Below are positions 1-13,875 of a stretch of DNA of 64,000 nucleotides, one piece after another. Source of the stretch: Eledone cirrhosa (taxonomy: Eukaryota); the NCBI GenBank assembly GCA_964016885.1, contig OZ024748.1, positions 15,066,001-15,130,000 on the forward strand, read 5' to 3'. The notes under the pieces were generated by a model that was given only the letters and a program-made list of their open reading frames with translations, did not search any database and was not told the origin of the DNA. The translations under genes were made by a program, and so were the position numbers. Position 1 is the stretch's first letter. Each line of letters begins with the position of its first letter.

Positions 1-468
1 GATACATACATATATATACATACATACATACATACATGTACATACATACATATATATATATACATGTATCATCATCATCTTCGTTTACCATCCATCTTCC
101 ATGCTAGCATGTGTTCTACATATATATACATACATTCATATATATGTATATATACATATACATATACATACATATACACATACATACATACATAGATATA
201 TACATACATAGATACATACATATACATACATACATATATATACATACATACATACATACATACATATACATACATATACATAATTATATATACATACATA
301 TACATACACATATATATACATATATATACATGCATACACATATATACATACATACATACACATACACACACACACATATACAGACAGTATTGTGTACATA
401 TAAATACACAAACACTATATATATATGTGCATGTATATGAATATATATATACACAGATACACACACAG
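1..468. repeat. Compound (TACA)n/(TA)n/(CA)n microsatellite with a short SINE/RTE tail remnant at ~68-113
   Basis: Visible tetra- and dinucleotide repeats; catcatcatcttcgtttaccatccatcttccatgctagcatg resembles the reverse RTE/SINE tail seen at 54754. Confidence 0.9.
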
Positions 469-874
469 TATTATGAATCTACAAACACTTCTAGATATGA
501 GTACATATGAATCTACAAACACTTCTAGATATACACACATACATATATATATAATAAGCATGCAACATATTTTGTATTCTTTAGAAGAAATATTCTTATC
601 TAATATGTGATCGGATGAAAAATAATCGAAATTAAACAATACAATAAAGAACAATAACAATACAATATTGAAACAATAACAATACAATATTGAAACATAA
701 TAATACAATATTGAAACATAATAATGAAAATATAGGAAAAACGGCAGAAGATGGAATTATGGAAGGAAGAAAGAAAATATTATGAAGATGTTATTAAAGA
801 AGACGGTGATACAATTGCCTAATGTCTTTTATTGGATTGTTATGGATTGTCATCAATACTACAAATATAAATTA

Positions 875-1700
875 TACAACAAATACACACAAAACATAAA
901 CGCAGACACATAAAACCATACAAAATACATAAACACACACAACACAAGCACATGCATAAACACATACAAAAAATTCATAAACACTCATACACACACACAC
1001 ACAAACACACACATAAACACATACAAAAAATACATAAACACTCATACACAAAACACAGGCACACAAAACACAGACATACACACAAACACACATACAAAAA
1101 CACACACACAAACACACACGCATAAAGACATACAAAATGCATAAGCACACACACACACACATAAACACATACAAAATGCATAAGCACACACACACATAAA
1201 CACATACAAAATACATAAACACACACACCAAACACACACATAAACACAAACAAAACAGATCAACGCCAACACACACACAATAAACACAATGTAAACACAT
1301 GCATACAAAATACCCACACAAAAAAACACCAGAACACACATAAAACACACAAAAATAAATATACAACACACAAAAAAAAGGAAATACACATACAAACACA
1401 GAAATGCATACACAGACAAAACAAACGAAAAACACACACAGACAACATAAAACACAGAAATACGTACAGAGAACACGGAAACACACACTATACATAAAGC
1501 AAAAACACACACACAACACAGAAACATGCACAAAACACAGAAATAAGCACACAGAATACAGGTACACACACAAAACATGGAAATAAGCACACAGAACACA
1601 GGCACACACACAAAACATGGAAATAAGCATACACAACAAAAACATACACACAAAACACAACACAGAAATACAAAATAAACAGCAATAAAAATCAACAGAA
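875..1700. repeat. Degenerate CA/A-rich low-complexity tract
   Basis: Almost only A and C on the + strand; ORFs here are C/V/Y/M artefacts. Confidence 0.9.
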
Positions 1701-2150
1701 AAGACGTATCTGAAAAAATCCATTTTAGATGAAAGATAATAAAAACTGCAAAAAGGTGCAATTGAGATTTGAAATGCATTATCTGGTTATTCTTAGGTTT
1801 TAAAACTCTACAAAGCAGCTTTTATCTTTCTCCTCCTCCTCTTCATTCTCTCTAAGCAGGCTTTATTTTCAAAAGCAGTGAAAAACAAAGAAGTTTCAAT
1901 TTGGGCAAAATTACAGATCAAATGTATTTCTAAATATATACACATTGTAAATCAAAATTTGTATGTTTAATGTAAAAAGCTAGCTTAATTTTGAATTACT
2001 TCTCTCAATGTAATATGGTGGTTAAAAATGAAAGAATAAATTTTTTTTTTAAATGTTCTGTAAAACAAAAATACTTTCTTTGTGCTATCATAATGGTGTG
2101 AGATTTTTTTGGTAGAGGAAACTGTCCTATTTATTTAATTCTGGATTTAA

Positions 2151-2370
2151 CCCTTTAGATATTAAACCAGCTGAAACTGTCGCTGCTTCTAAGATACAAA
2201 TCTGTACATTTTAATGTATTTATATTTATCTAAATGCTATATTTCAAGCACCAACTCAAAAAGGAGGAAGTTAGTTATATCACTAATTACTTCCAAATTC
2301 TTCACTATATTCAAAATGATTTTAAAATTTATACACAGTATCTTTCATTAAAAGTATGGTAATGCAGGGG
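2151..2370. mobile_element. Degenerate TTAA-flanked (piggyBac-type) MITE
   Basis: TTAA|CCCTTT...GCAGGGG|TTAA; internal ends resemble the 3258-3791 element. Confidence 0.55.
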
Positions 2371-3051
2371 TTAAATTCTTACAACATATGAAGTAACTGG
2401 AGGTAACTTTATTTTATGTTAGATGATAATATTATTAAGTTGTTATAGGTTGTTCAACTTTGATTCTACTGGTGCTTTCGTGTCAATAACTGATAAATTT
2501 AGTGAAGGCAGAATAAAAGCAGTTAGTTGAGCAGTATTCTCATGTAATGGGAAGAAAAACTACTAGCCTCTGACATTCATTTCTTCCTACAGAAGATCTT
2601 ATTTTTGGCAGAGAAGATTTCGTAGCATTTTAAAACCTTATCCTTTCATTTGAAAGTACTTGCTACATAAAACTTATTCTATTTAAGTAGTTCTTCTGAC
2701 AAGGATGTTAAATCATGTTGAATTTTTATGCATTCTAGTCATTTCATATTGACCAACAAACTGTGTATCCTTCAGTACAAATGGGAACCTTTTCTGCTTT
2801 CTAATATGTCAGTCAGTGAGTCATAAGCTATTCTAGTGTATTACTACTACACATATTGCAAAGATGGAAGATCAATTGCAGTCTAGAGTTGTTAGCATGA
2901 TTGTCAGCTCAGTTTCATTATTCTACATGCAAAGAATGTCCATCTATTCTTCAAACTGTATCTCTGCTATTCCAAGCTGATTCATATTACCATATTACTT
3001 TTGTCATTTCTGTGAAGATGCATGTGTGTGTGGGGTGGGAGGGGGTGGGGG

Positions 3052-3900
3052 GTGACTTAATAGTTAAGGTGTTTTGTTCATGATCCTAAGGTCATGAGTT
3101 TGATTCCCATGAGGTGTATTGATTCCTTGAGCAAGACACTTTATTTCATGTTACTTCAGCTCACTCAACTGGAAAATAAATGAGCTACACATGTAATTCA
3201 AAGCACCAGTTGTATCACACATTATGTCATGCTAAATTTCACTGGAAACTACATTAACCCTTTTCATAGCAACCTGCTGGAAACTGTCTCTAGTTCTGTT
3301 AAGGAGAACTGTTTGTTTTATAGTCTATGGGTATTGTATCATCCCGTAACTCCTGATGGAGTCTATTGAGCATTTTAAGCCTAGTGGAGCCCATCCCTCT
3401 CCAAGCCTAAGTACAGCAGATCTCTTCTAGAGAAGGATAGAAAGTGAGAGAGAGGAAATAAGAAAGAAATATAGAGAAAGAATTGACCCCTGTACTAGAC
3501 TGGTACTTTCGTTTTTATCAACCTTGAAAGTATGAAAGGCAATGTTGACTTCCGCAGGATATTCCAAAGCACTCTATCCGACATTCTAACAACTCTGTCA
3601 ATTTGCCACCTTGTCGTATCCATGTTTATATTCACACCTATCATTATAATTTTATGCAAGTTATATTATACACATTTATATATAATAAAAATGTTAGTTA
3701 TTTTACTAAGTTGCTCAAATTTTAGATTATTTAAAAAATTAATTGACATTAATAAGCTGTATATTTCATAAGAAATATGGTAACAAAAGGGTTAATTAAG
3801 AGTGCACATATCTGTGGAATGCTCAGTCACTTGCAGAAATTCAAAAGAAAGCTATTCTGTTGTTTGAATAACAACTGGAATATTCATATTTAGTACAAAC
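3052..3900 (+). mobile_element. Old tRNA-head, CORE-like SINE split by a MITE insertion
   Basis: A/B-box-like head and ccttgagcaagacactttatttc core; body resumes after 3795 as agagtgcacatatctgtggaatgctcagtcact, matching the uninterrupted copy at ~46420-46462. Confidence 0.75.
3258..3791. mobile_element. TTAA MITE containing a nested SINE (family C, ~3315-3612, minus)
   Basis: TTAA|CCCTTTT...AAAAGGG|TTAA termini; internal segment matches 58314-58619 in reverse. Confidence 0.7.
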
Positions 3901-5214
3901 AGAGGTCACTCTCCCACACAAACACACACACAAGTGCAAGTGATGTCAAGCAATGTAATATAGAATAAACCAATTACACCTGAATTTCAGTAAGGTTGAT
4001 GTTAGGCAGGAATATAAACACACAGCAGAGACTAACCTACAACTACAAATTGCATCCATATCACTATAATCTCTGCAATAAGCAGTCATTCTATGAAAGT
4101 AATATCTTACATCTCTGATGTTATTATATTATTAGCTTAAATAATTGTTGCTCTAACACTTTAGCCTTCATTAATTTCTTTTTATTATTTCATTCTCTAT
4201 GTTGTTTATATCGTTTTATTTGTATTCTTGTTGTCGTTTTTGTTTTGTTGTGTTTTGTTGCTTTTTGGCACCAGAATGTAAAAATATATTTAACACTAAT
4301 TGTGCCTATGTAATGGTTTTTGAATTAAGCACAACGCGAGCAGTTTGGTAGATCGAAGGTGAAAGTCAATGACATCAATCACCAGTACATGAGTGGTTCA
4401 TTATTTTATTAACCCCCAGGAGAATTAAAGGTTAAGTTGACTTTGGTGGGTGGAATTTAAACTCAAAACTTGAAATCCCATAACTAAACACCACAAAGCA
4501 TTTTTTGTCCAATGCTCTAACAATTCTGACAATCCACTTTCCTTATTATGTATGACTGACTAATAAGATTAAATAGAACGCAATAAAAAAGATGGTATCA
4601 ACTTTCAATAACTATAAATCTGATTTGATTTGTTCAACCAATTTTATTTTGTGAAGGGGAGAATTTCTTTCTCACTATTTTGAAGCATTCACAGGAAAAC
4701 AAAATTATAGGATAATCTTTTTTCATATATATAATTTATTGCTGTTGAAGTAATGAGGTTAATAAAGTTAACAGGAAAATTATAACATTTCTCATCCACT
4801 AATACAGGCATTTTGGTTTTTCTGGCCCTTTTCAGTTAATTATACAATGAGAAAATTAGAAAAAATGTAACAAACAAGCATAGGTATACTATATATGGTG
4901 GAAACTATTTTATATATGATAATACTTGATTTTTTTAATTCAAATAATAATGTAATTTCTCAAGTGGTAAGAAACAATAGCTGGACAGCGGAAGGTTTCA
5001 GAGAAGAAACCCCCTCTAAGAGGGCTGCGCCACATTAAGGTCATGACTCATGGGTGCCTTTCTGCTGATATTTAGCCATTTGGATATTGGAGACTTGTGT
5101 ATTTAAACTGTATGGAGACTTTGTTGACAAAATCTAGTTGGAGCTCCTCTCCATAGCTTCAATGTGATTATAACTTTCAATATTCAATATTTCATTAATG
5201 AGTACAGCCCTATA

Positions 5215-5580
5215 CTAGATGTAGCATGAACAAATGTTTAAGGAGTTTGCTTCGCAATTAGGCCCTGGGTTCAACTCCAATGTGTGGAATTTGGGATGAA
5301 TGTCATTTACCATAGCCTTTGTTCGACTTATGATTTGTAAGTGAAAATTGGCAGACAGAAACTGTGTGGAAGCCCACTAGAAGGACTGTACTTATAATTC
5401 AAAGAGCTAGCCTTGTCACATATTGTATCAAGCTGAATCTCCCTGCAGGATTACATTAAGGAATGCGAGTCTGTGGAACGCTAAGTCACTGGTATGTTAA
5501 TTTCATGAGCAAACTCTCCTATTGATCAACCAACTGGATGGAGCACTTTTTGTCAACATCAACAGAGGTATTCCACAGGT
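5215..5580 (+). mobile_element. Degenerate SINE
   Basis: tRNA-like head (gggttcaactcc), ggcagacagaaactgtgtggaagccc body, 3' part shared with the copies at 3052 and 46240. Confidence 0.6.
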
Positions 5581-6313
5581 CTAGAAATGTTGCATTGACA
5601 CAAAGACAGAAAGGAGTGTTATTGGGGAAACAGAACAGGAAATATACCAGAAACTGTGGATTTACAGTTGATGATTGATAAACATATGAGGACTCACTGT
5701 AAAACTTACCAATATCTTTTTTATAAAAAAAATAACCCATAAAATTGTAAATGAATACTTTGAGTTATTATCTGTTTAAATGTTTTTCCAATACACTATT
5801 GCTATGTAGAAAGAAGAAAAAAAAACAAGAAATTAAGAATAACTGACTATTTGAGAACTATGTAAAATAAGAAGAAATTTTTAGTTCTAAATTTAATACT
5901 CTCTCAGATGCAAATACATGGATCCTGATTATGTAAACAATCTCTAACTGTTGCAAAACCTAAAATTACATAACATCAAAAACACATGCAATATACATTT
6001 GTAAACAACTGCATACACATGCGCACATACACACACAGATTGATATAGACATATTTGTAAACAGATCTCATGCAACAACATACAAATGCATATATATATA
6101 TATAAATGAAAGGTATAGAAAATATTATATATATATATATATATATATTTAAATATTTAATCAACAAATCCATAGACACATACATAAATATTTGTAAACA
6201 ACAACATACAGCTATATACAAATAAACAGACATTATTTACAAACACACGGAGACATACATACTGCATTTTGTAAGAAGTCCTAATACAACTACATAATAA
6301 AGCACAAATGCAT

Positions 6314-6353
<40 letters not shown>

Positions 6354-6908
6354 TGACGAGGAATTAAAATCAATTATTTCATTTTGAATGTAGTCTAGAA
6401 ATCAATAGAAAACAAAAAGAAAGCGAAAAGATGTTCAATATTACTTTGTGAATGCTCATTCAACCTCACTTCCAATATCCTGTACCCCTTCCTCCTTTTT
6501 TCTTAACATTCCCCACCCCAACTCTCTTGTGTTTCTTTCTAGATTTCTAACCAAACACCAACAATGGTAGAAATCAATTTAATATATTGTATGAGGGGGA
6601 AATGATTCGAGATTTTTCTGAAAAGAACATTTTAGTGTAGATTGCTAAGAGTCAAGGACACACACAGACACTCACAGAACACACACACACACAAGATTAA
6701 TAGTTGCTGCTGATGCCTGCTAATATCTGTCCCATTCTCTCTCTTTCTTGCTCTCTCTTTAAGATAATATACAAAAGGATGCACTGCAGGAGGCCACAAA
6801 ATCACCAAAATCCACCTATATTTATATGAAGATGCTGAACAAGAAGAAGATAAGTAAAGAAAGAAGAAAAAACAAAAATATACAAAACATAAACATTGCT
6901 TAATGCAT

Positions 6909-8085
6909 TGACATTGCACATTACACAGTACTATGGTAGAGATTACACATTAGTATTATGGCAGAGATTACACATTATACAGTACTATGGCAGAGATTAC
7001 ACATTACACAGTACTATAGCAGAGATTACACATTACACAGTACTATGGCAGAGATTACACATTACACAGTTCTATGGCAGAGATTACACATTACACAGTA
7101 CTATAGCAGAGATTACACATTACACAGTACTATAGCAGAGATTACACATTACACAGTATTATGGCAGAGATTACACATTACACAGTATTATGGCAGAGAT
7201 TACACATTACACAGTACTATGGCAGAGATTTCACAGCACTATGGCAGAGATTACACATTACACAGTACTATGGCAGAGATTATACCATACTATGGCAGAG
7301 CTTACACATTGCACATTATTATGGCAGAGATTACACATTAGTACTATGGTAGAGATTATTCATTACACAGTACTATGGTAGAGATTACACATTACACAGT
7401 GCTATAGCAGAGATTACACATTAGTATTATGGTAGACATTACACATTACACAGTACTATGGCAGAGATTACACATTACACAGTACTATGGCAGAGATTAC
7501 ACATTACACAGTACTATGACAGAGATTACACATTACACAGTGCTATAGCAGAGATTACACATTAGTATTATGGTAGACATTACACATTACACAGTACTAT
7601 GGCAGAGATTACACATTACACAGTACTATGGCAGAGATTACACATTACACAGTACTATGACAGAGATTACACATTACACAGTATTATGGCAGAGATTACG
7701 CATTACACAGTACTATGGCAGAGATTACACAGTACTATGGCAGAGATTACACATTAGTATTATGGTAGACATTACACAGTACTATGGCAGAGATTACACA
7801 TTACACAGTACTATGGCAGAGATTACACATTACACAGTACTATGACAGAGATTACACATTACACAGTACTATGGCAGAGATTACACATTACACAGTACTA
7901 TGGTAGATATTATACATCATGGAGGACTATGGTAGAAAAATCACATTACACAGTACTATGGTAGAGATTATACATCACACCAGTACTATGGTAGAAAGAT
8001 CCCATTATAAAGTACTAGGGTGGAGATTACACATTACACTGTACTATGGTAGAAAGCTCATATAACACAGTACTATGGGAGAAAA
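6909..8085. repeat. 29-bp minisatellite (attacac attacac agtactatggcagag), about 40 units
   Basis: Direct tandem periodicity with short deletion variants and a degenerate right edge. Confidence 0.95.
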
Positions 8086-8104
8086 ATTACTTTTTTACTA
8101 TCTT

Positions 8105-8870
8105 TTGTTCTGTTTCAAAACTTTATACTGAAATGATGATAAGGCCAGTAATTTAGGAGAAGGGGAAAGCCAATTGTATAGACATGATATTTAACTGGTA
8201 CTTTATTTTATTATCCATCCTAGAAGGATGAATGGCAAAATTGACTTCTGTGGTATTTGAATGTAAAGGACTGTAACTATATTCTGCAAAGCATATTGTC
8301 TGAAACTCTAATGATTCTACCCTTAATACAATATTTATTTCTACATTAGGCCAACAATTTGAAGGGGAGGAGAAAGTTGATTAAATTGACTCCAGTGCAT
8401 TATGGGTGCTTTATTTTTTCGACCCTGTAAAGACAAAGCTAAATTCGGTGGGATTTGAACTCAGAGCATAAAGGGCTATAACTCTATGTCGCAATGCATA
8501 ATGTCTGCTGCTCTATCAATAGTACCAATCCACTGCCCTTAATGCAATAATAATTGTTTCTACTTTTGGCACAAGGCCAGCAATTGCCCAGTACATTACT
8601 GGGACTTTATTTTATCGACCCCGTAAGGATGAAAGGCAAAGTTAACCTCAGCGGGATTTGAACTCAGATCGTAAAGGGAAATAAAAATGGTTTCTATTTT
8701 CACCATAATGCCAGCAATTTCAAAGAAAGGTGAAGCTGTTTATATTAGTCTTAGTACTTTAATTTATCGACCTTGAAATTTTATCTCAGTAGGATTTGAA
8801 TTAAAAACAAAGACTCGAAAATAATGTTGCAAGGGATTTTATCTAACACTCTTATCATTCTCCAAATAGA
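8105..8870 (-). mobile_element. Tandem stack of SINE family B copies
   Basis: Repeated tttctact..ggcacaaggccagcaatt / ggatgaaaggcaaagttaacctc / gggatttgaactcag blocks. Confidence 0.8.
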
Positions 8871-9687
8871 TGATGATTATGATAACTACGTTGGTAAAGA
8901 TGAGGATATGTAAAAATATCTCCATATACATAATTTACATGTGTGTGTGTGTGTTTCTATGTAATTAGTTTCAAAATAATCCCCCAAATTGAACAACATC
9001 TATCTGCACAACAAACAGGATTGATTCTAAAATAGACGCTACACTATATGAATGCCAGAGAACTTTCTCTCTATATAGATATATAAACTAAAATACCCTC
9101 AGAATGAAAAAGAAAACAAACAAACCTGTCATTAAAAATAGAAAATAAACAGAGACAAATTTACAAATATTGATAATTAAAAATATGGAATGGATGGAAG
9201 TGGAAGGAGAGAAATGTTTGTTCTTTAAGAAGATAAAAGTTAATAAAGCCTTCCTTAAATTTAGCTATTCTATTTCAGAATTAGAAACATTGATATTCCG
9301 ATGAAATATTCTGATCTGAAATTTCTAATAAAGGAATTATTAGAAGAAATTAGTAAAGATAAAATTGGTATCATTGAAATATGGCATATCTCTCTCTGAT
9401 TATGCTGATTATTTTAGAATAATAATCTAAGATAAATATATTCAAGTTAAAAGAATTATCAAATTAAATTTCTAAACTTATAACCAAATGGAAAATTATT
9501 GCGAAGCCTTTCATAGAAGAAAAAGAAAAAAAAATATATATATATGCACATGCATATACATACAAATGATGTTGCTTTTGTGCAAGTATGGTTTCAATAA
9601 ATTCCTTAATATATAATATATATATATAGATATACACAAATGCAATTATGTATATATACATCCATCCATACATATCTATTTGTCTAA

Positions 9688-9730
<43 letters not shown>

Positions 9731-9731
<1 letters not shown>

Positions 9732-9897
9732 GTTTCTACTTTTGGCACAAGGCCAGCAATTATCCCAGTGTTTATTTTATCGACCCCGTAAGGATGAAAG
9801 GCAAAGTTAACCTTGGCGGGGTTTGAACTCAGACCATAAAGGGCCGTAACTCTATGCTGCAAAGTATGGCATCAGACCCTCTACCGATACTGCCAGG
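9731..9897 (-). mobile_element. SINE family B
   Basis: Close match to the 40930-41119 copy in reverse. Confidence 0.85.
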
Positions 9898-10149
9898 TGA
9901 TTATGTGTTCCTTGCCACATCCTGTTACACCTTTCCTGCCCAACACATGCATGTATAGAAAAGTAGACATTTGCCACAATATGCTGCTGAATACCTCTCT
10001 CTCTCTTTGGGATTATGACATATGGCTCTTTCTCTCACAGTGCTGGTGTCATAACAAAAAGCACCCAGTCCACCTGTGCAGTGGTTGTGCTGGTGTCACA
10101 TCAAAATGCACTTAGTCCACCTTGCAAAATGGTCCTGCTGGTGCCTTGG

Positions 10150-10180
<31 letters not shown>

Positions 10181-11029
10181 AATGTGGCATTTATAGGTGT
10201 ATATCATACATTTGTAAAACATCTAATAAAATATCTCTCAACTGAATGTAGAGTGAAATAAGTATAATTTTGTAGCATAAAAGATTTCCCTTTTTCGTGA
10301 CTTCACTGACTGTATTTAATGGCTCTATTTATAGTTAACAATATTTGAAAGAAAGATGTTCCCTATATATACAAGTATATTCAACAAATCAATATACATA
10401 TAGAATCACACTTGAATACTTTGTATATTTTCATCATATCTTTCCTATGTTAGGTTATATAAACTGGTTTAACCCTTCCATTACCAACCCAAGCCAACCA
10501 AAACTCTCAGATTCAATTAGACAAATCCACCCATTCTAAAGAGTTACTATTTGAATTAAAATCATTCAATCTTTCAATATGAATAGATACAAGAACCTTT
10601 TTACAAATACCTTCTTCATAATGAAGTAATTAATAATTCATCATCATCACCATTTAATGTCTATTTTCCTCGCTAGCATGGGTTAGGTGAGTTGCCTCGT
10701 TGTGCGACAAGCCAGGTCTGATGACCATGACTTGTTTATACAGGATTGGTTTTGGTTTTGTTTCTACGGCTGGATGCCTTTTCTAACACCAACCTCATTT
10801 ATGGTGAATGCCTTTAGATTTATGCTAAGAAATGGGGTAACATGTCCTAACAAATATAATTGTTTGAAGATAATATAAGAAAGGATAAATCCAAAATAAG
10901 TATTAGTGAAATATTATAAACACTCTATATATTCTATTATTGAATACTCTCATTTCTCCTGGTTTAGATAGTGTTCTTGGGCTGAAAAACACACACACAC
11001 GCATTTCATATATATATATATATATACAC

Positions 11030-11279
11030 AGTTGATCGATAAGATCACATATTTTATTCGCTTAATGAGTGTGGTGGAGCTCATCAGATTGAGGAAACGA
11101 TGTTTCTATTTGTCTTTCCTATTGCTAATACTATCTGTCGGTTAAATCCAGGCAGAAGGAGCAGCGCAAAATAAAATGTCTTGCTCAAGGACATGACGCA
11201 TCACCTGGTCTGTGAATCGAAATTGCAGCCTCACGATTGTGAATCCAATTCTCTAACCACTCAACCACGCGCCTTCACT
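11030..11279 (-). mobile_element. tRNA-head CORE-like SINE with a different 3' part
   Basis: Reverse head ctaaccactcaaccacgcgccttcac and core gtcttgctcaaggaca; related pieces at ~19640-19890 and ~52930-53030. Confidence 0.7.
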
Positions 11280-12350
11280 ATATATATATATATAGCCACT
11301 TCATATGTAAATACATACAAACACACAACTTTATTATCATTCATTAAATCACATGGGACACACACATGTATTTTATTATCATTCCTTATATCACAAGAGA
11401 CACACACACAAGCATTTCATATTTATATATATTTACATACACACACTCAACTTCTCTTTATTATCATTCCTTAAATCACAAGTGACACACAAACACATTC
11501 CTTACACCCATACACTTGCACATACATGGGTAGATTTAGTTATATTTGTAAACAAATTGTGTAAGTTTTATCTTCTTAACATAAATATATCCATCATCTC
11601 AGCTATATATATTAATCAATTGTGATATAATCATGACCAAACATCAAAAACTTACACCATCAATATTTTAAAGTCAATAATTCACGATGCTTCACCTGCT
11701 AAATTTTAAAAATACTGCTTCTTACTGTTGCTGAATAATTTATAACCAATAAAGTTGAGATGCAATGTTCAGCAGAAACTTGAAAAGTATTCCTCACTTT
11801 ATTTTCATTAAATGAATAATTTAAAAATATATGTTTATTGGTTAGTTTGGCTACATTTTTTTAAAACTTTTGTTGACATATTGGTGAAAAAGTCAAAAGA
11901 AAAATTGATGTGTAAGAATATATTTATATTCTTAGAATGATGTGTTCAAAAATCAAATATCAAATTACTTTGCGTATACACAATAATTCATTTTTAGTTC
12001 ATGCATCTGGAAAACCACATGCTTATATGTACATGCAAATGGATACAAATACACAGACACACACATATATGTATATATATATATATCAATACATGCGAAC
12101 ATGTTAAAAAATGATGATAAATGTCTCTATATATATATAATATATATATATTATATATATAATATATATATATTATATATATATATATAATATATATATA
12201 TATATATAATATATATATATAAATGAAAATGTAGAAATTAATGTGAGCAAGAAGCCAAGAGTATTTCATAATATATAAGTGACTATAACGTCAAAATGGA
12301 AAATAATTAACATAAGATGTGGGAAAATATATATAATATATATATATATA

Positions 12351-13213
<863 letters not shown>

Positions 13214-13344
13214 TATATATAATATATATATATATATATAATATATAATATATATATATATATATTATATATATATATACTATATATGTATATATAGATA
13301 ATAATACATATATATATATATATTTGAATGTATATATGTAGTAT

Positions 13345-13540
13345 CATCATAATTGAAAATCTGTTTTCTCTTCCAGCAAAGATTAGATCAGTCATAACAA
13401 ATCTAGTCAGTATTAATCAGAGCCACTGATCTCTCAGATGGGCCAGGGTCATCTTTTGCTTACATTCATCGCCACACACTTCAGAATGCACTATGCATTT
13501 TATTTTGGCATCAGATCTAGGGAGGTCATCATCATTTATA
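13345..13540 (-). mobile_element. Degenerate SINE/RTE-tail remnant
   Basis: Minus strand ends tctaatctttgctggaagagaaaacagattttcaattatgatgat, like the RTE/SINE tail. Confidence 0.4.
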
Positions 13541-13595
13541 TACATTAACATTACATATATCACCCCAGTACTGGGCCAACACATCATTTCATAGT

Positions 13596-13875
13596 CATCA
13601 TTGCGACCACAGTCAAACACTCCTGATTATGTCTCCCCAAAATTCACAATATTCCGTAGCTCCAGTCAACTGCTCCCTATTAAGGTTTGTATCACCTGAG
13701 ATTGCTGAAGGTTTCAGCAGGTCTTCCTCTACTGCATTTCCCATGACGCGGTTCCTACAATAGTAGCTTGTGTATAACTTCCTGCTTATTTCTCCAGCAA
13801 TGTCCTTGTTATCTGGTAGTGTATGCACCATTTAGTTTCTTCTCAAGTGCTTGTGTCAGGGTCTATGTATCTGAT
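13596..13875 (-). mobile_element. RTE LINE 3' fragment (decayed ORF C-terminus)
   Basis: Minus-strand translation across frameshifts: SDT*TLTQALEKKLNGAYT, GHCWRNKQEVIHKLLL*EPRHGKCSRGRPAETF, DTNLNREQL; parallels the 39800-40135 fragment. Confidence 0.85.

Noticed and set aside
75-1779. Many ORFs of 60-283 aa
   Set aside because: Translations of (TA)/(CA)/(TACA) microsatellites; the same applies at 17293-17728, 34395-34741, 40440-40816 and 52084-52386
6909-8085. 29-bp repeat as a CRISPR array
   Set aside because: Units are contiguous with no unique spacers, there are no cas genes, and the context is eukaryotic
11060-11110. CTGATGAG on the minus strand as a hammerhead
   Set aside because: No downstream GAAA or helix III; part of a SINE 3' region
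13417-13831. ORFs MFDCGRN... and MVHTLPD... as host exons
   Set aside because: Largely off-frame readings of a decayed RTE 3' end and adjacent repeat
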